NCBI RefSeq assembly: GCF_963921235.1
Contig: NC_086106.1
Coordinates: 34,410,001-34,474,000 of the forward strand
DNA from: Mobula hypostoma
Lineage: Eukaryota
Length of the DNA stretch: 64,000 bases
Reading direction: 5' to 3'
Part shown: positions 61,354 through 64,000 of the stretch, one piece after another
Layout of the letters: each line of letters starts with the position of its first letter
Position numbering within the stretch: position 1 is the first letter of the stretch
Translations under genes and position numbers: made by a program
Notes under the pieces: generated by a model
What the model was told of the DNA's origin: nothing
What the model saw: the letters and a program-made list of their open reading frames with translations, nothing else
Databases searched by the model: none

Positions 61354-62144
61354 AAACATAGAAACATAGAAACATAGAAAATAGGTGCAGGAGTAGGCCA
61401 TTCGGCCCTTCGAGCCTGCACCGCCATTTATTATGATCATGGCTGATCATCCAACTCAGAACCCAGCCTTCCCTCCATACCCCCTGACCCCTGAAGCCAC
61501 AAGGGCCATATCTAACTTCCTTTTAAACATAGCTAATGAACTGGCCTCAACAGTTTGCTGTGGCAGAGAATTCCACAGATTCACCACTCTCTGTGTGAAG
61601 AAGTTTTTCCTAACCTCGGTCCTAAAAGGCTTCCCCTCTATCCTCAAACTGTGACCCCTCGTTCTAGACCTCCCCAACATCGGGAACAATCTTCCTGCAT
61701 CTAGCCTGTCCAATCCCTTTAGGATCTTATACGTTTCAATCAGATCCCCCCTCAATCTTCTAAATTCCAACGAGTACAAGCCCAGTTCATCCAGTCTTTC
61801 TTCATATGAAAGACCTGCCATCCCAGGAATCAATCTGGTGAACCTTCTTTGTACTCCCTCTATGGCAAAGATGTCTTTCCTCAGATTAGGGGACCAAAAC
61901 TGCACACAATACTCCAGGTGTGGTCTCACCAAGGCCTTGTACAACTGCAGTAGTACCTCCCTGCTCCTGTACTCGAATCCTCTCGCTATAAATGCCAGCA
62001 TACCGTTCGCCTTTTTCACCGCCTGCTGTACCTGCATGCCCACTTTCAATGACTGGTGTATAATGACACCCAGGTCTCGTTGCACCTCCCCTTTTCCTAA
62101 TCGGCCACCATTCAGATAATAATCTGTTTTCCTATTTTTGCCAC
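61354..62144 (-). mobile_element. 5'-truncated young CR1 nested in the Gypsy element
   Basis: Near-identical to about 54074-54875, including the (AGAAACAT)n tail. Confidence 0.95.
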
Positions 62145-62649
62145 AGCATCTACCGATCGAAGGAATGAGGAAGGATATGGATTCGAAGGATGATGTGCTG
62201 CACATGTGATACATGTTGCCTTTCGCTAACTTCCCCGTGATTGAGGAAGAGATCTTTGGCCCTTCTCCCACTGAGTCAGGTGTAGTGGGGAGGGCTAGTT
62301 GTGGGCAGTCTGAGTTACGGCAAGATCAGGAAGGAGGAGAGGTGGGGCCCCGCATACGGGACAGGGGGCTCCGAGCTGTAGTGGTGGCCTGAGTGAGAGA
62401 GGAGTTGGCAAGCAGGCCCGAGGTATCTCTAGTAGTGTCTGAGCCTATAGGGTTTAGGTGAGGGGGTACGGAGGTTTCAGAGGGTTAAGAAGCTCCGAGA
62501 TAGGTTGGCCTATGTAGCGCCTGTGGGACAGGAGTAAGGTCCACTGTTTGGGGAGCACTGTCACTGTGTGTATCTGTGTATGTGTGTGTTGTGTGTCTGC
62601 CGGACTGGTTGGCGAGTTATTTAGAAGTCATGAGGACATGACTTTATTT

Positions 62650-62662
62650 GGTGGGGGGAGAG
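62650..62662 (+). promoter_or_regulatory. Polypurine tract
   Basis: GGTGGGGGGAGAG directly before the 3' LTR start TGTAAG. Confidence 0.75.
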
Positions 62663-63415
62663 TGTAAGGGGGTTTCGACTTTTATGTAACTGCGGAGGCT
62701 AATTAAAATGGCGTCTTTGTTATGTTAATCTGGGGAATGCGGCTTTGTGAGTGTGATAAGAGAGTGCTATTAACCAATTGGGATAGTTGTTATGGTTTTG
62801 GTGTATTTGAAGATACTCTATGCGCGGGGTTTGGGGGCAGAAGGCGGGAGAGCGAGACAGAGGATGGACGAGGTGCTGTGAGTCCGCTAACAGGGTCGGA
62901 CCCCGAGCGGGACGTTCGGCGAGGAGACGGAGACGGACTAGTGTGGAGCGTCTGGTCGACCACGGTTGTTGGTCCCAGGCGGCCGGTCGAGGTGGTCCGA
63001 GGGGTTCGCAGGGTCAAGAAGAAGGTCCTTGAGCTCCTGACGAAGGGTTTCGGCCTGAAGCGTCGACTGCACCTCTTCCTCGAGATGCTGCCTGGCCTGC
63101 TGCGTACACCAGCAACTTTGATGTGTATTCCTTGAGCTCCAACGGTTTTGGTGCGCGAAGAGGTTGAACTTTGATAAGTGTAGCGCCTTTTATTTTCCTT
63201 TTATATTTTATTCTCTTTTAATTATATAATTCCAGTAATATGTATAAACTGTCTATCATTTAATTGCATCTGGTGTATTGTCTGTTATTTGGGCGGGGTG
63301 GGGTACCTCACACAGCATCCACACAAACGAATTACCCATTTTGCCGGGGCCGAGGCTGTTTCCCGAGACGACAGCAAGCCGAGCGACCCTGAGGGTGGCC
63401 AGTGGAGGGGCTACA
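62663..63415 (+). repeat. 3' LTR (contains a 91-bp insertion)
   Basis: TGTAAG...GGGGCTACA, homologous to the 5' LTR. Confidence 0.9.
63038..63128 (+). mobile_element. 91-bp Penelope-terminus-derived insertion carrying a hammerhead ribozyme-like core, 12-bp TSD
   Basis: TCCTTGAGCTCC duplicated at 63026-63037 and 63129-63140. The insert is absent from the 5' LTR and matches the Penelope-end repeat at 36030-36100. Confidence 0.85.
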
Positions 63416-63557
63416 GTGGATACCGGCCGAAGTGGCAAATTTAGTCAAGAAGATAAAGAAAGCATGCTTAAGGTTTAGGGAGATAAAATCGAACAGTGAT
63501 ACTGAAAAAATATAAATAAGCGAGAAAACTCTCAATAAGAAAATTAGGAGAGTGAGA

Positions 63558-63559
63558 GG

Positions 63560-63590
<31 letters not shown>

Positions 63591-63595
63591 CGAGA
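63558..63595. repeat. (GT)n(GA)n microsatellite
   Basis: Compound dinucleotide run. Confidence 0.9.
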
Positions 63596-64000
63596 AACAC
63601 ACCATATTTTGGCAAGTCAGATACATACCTCAAGAAGCAAAGATAACTCGGCGGAGGATAGAATCATTTACGGATAAAGTAGGAAGCATGGTTTTGGAGA
63701 GCGATTATGAACGTTCAGTCCTAAAGTATACTTTGCATATGTTTTTACCAAGGGGAGAGAATTAGACGGTAGTGAGACCAGAGTTCGAGCATGCTAATTT
63801 GGCAGGACATTTTGAGATTAGGAATCCCTTTAAAATCATTCGTTTTGAAGTGTTTGCAGGCCTATTGAAGTATTCTAGAGAAAGGCGAGAATGGTGATTG
63901 CTGACGCCATGACCAACATATTTGTACAAGTTCAGTTTGAAGTTAGATTATTGTCATTTGAGTGTACATATAGACAGCCAAGCGAAGCAACGTTCCTCCG

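Larger units (their letters stand above)
58513..63415 (+). mobile_element. Degenerate, internally deleted Gypsy (Ty3) LTR retrotransposon
   Basis: Direct LTRs at 58513-59165 and 62663-63415, 5-bp TSD GTGGA (58508-58512 and 63416-63420), PBS, PPT, and gag and RT remnants. Confidence 0.9.

Overview
Repeat-dense genomic DNA from a cartilaginous fish, most likely a batoid (ray or skate); this is inferred from the IgNAR-type immunoglobulin and the elasmobranch-type CR1, Penelope and SINE families. The one recognisable host gene is an unrearranged IgNAR (heavy-chain-only antibody) cluster on the minus strand: octamer/TATA promoter, leader (53396-53438), VNAR (52996-53267), two D segments, one J, then C1, C2 and C3, with a full set of 12/23-compatible RSSs. 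The V-D-D-J-C1 part is intact. C2 has an in-frame TAA and a GG where its splice acceptor should be. C3 is frameshifted in a 19-G run. I could find no C4, C5 or transmembrane exon in the ~42 kb downstream, but a candidate stand-alone secretory-tail-like exon lies at 37511-37605. Upstream are a near-full-length young CR1 LINE with an intact 1011-aa ORF2 and a degenerate Gypsy LTR element with TSD, tRNA-Pro-like PBS and PPT. The remainder is CR1, Rex1/L2-type, RTE, Vingi-like and Penelope fragments, SINEs, solo LTRs, Tc1/Tigger remnants, microsatellites and one 134-N assembly gap. The main observations are: a two-D IgNAR cluster whose segment ends carry microhomologies that all give an in-frame, Cys-containing CDR3; a possible short or C2-skipping IgNAR; a family of minimal hammerhead-ribozyme motifs in the Penelope ends, including a 91-bp hammerhead-bearing insertion with a 12-bp TSD and an empty site in the sister LTR; and an Ingi/L1Tc Pr77-like 5' signature on a Vingi-like element. 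Boundaries of degenerate repeats are approximate.
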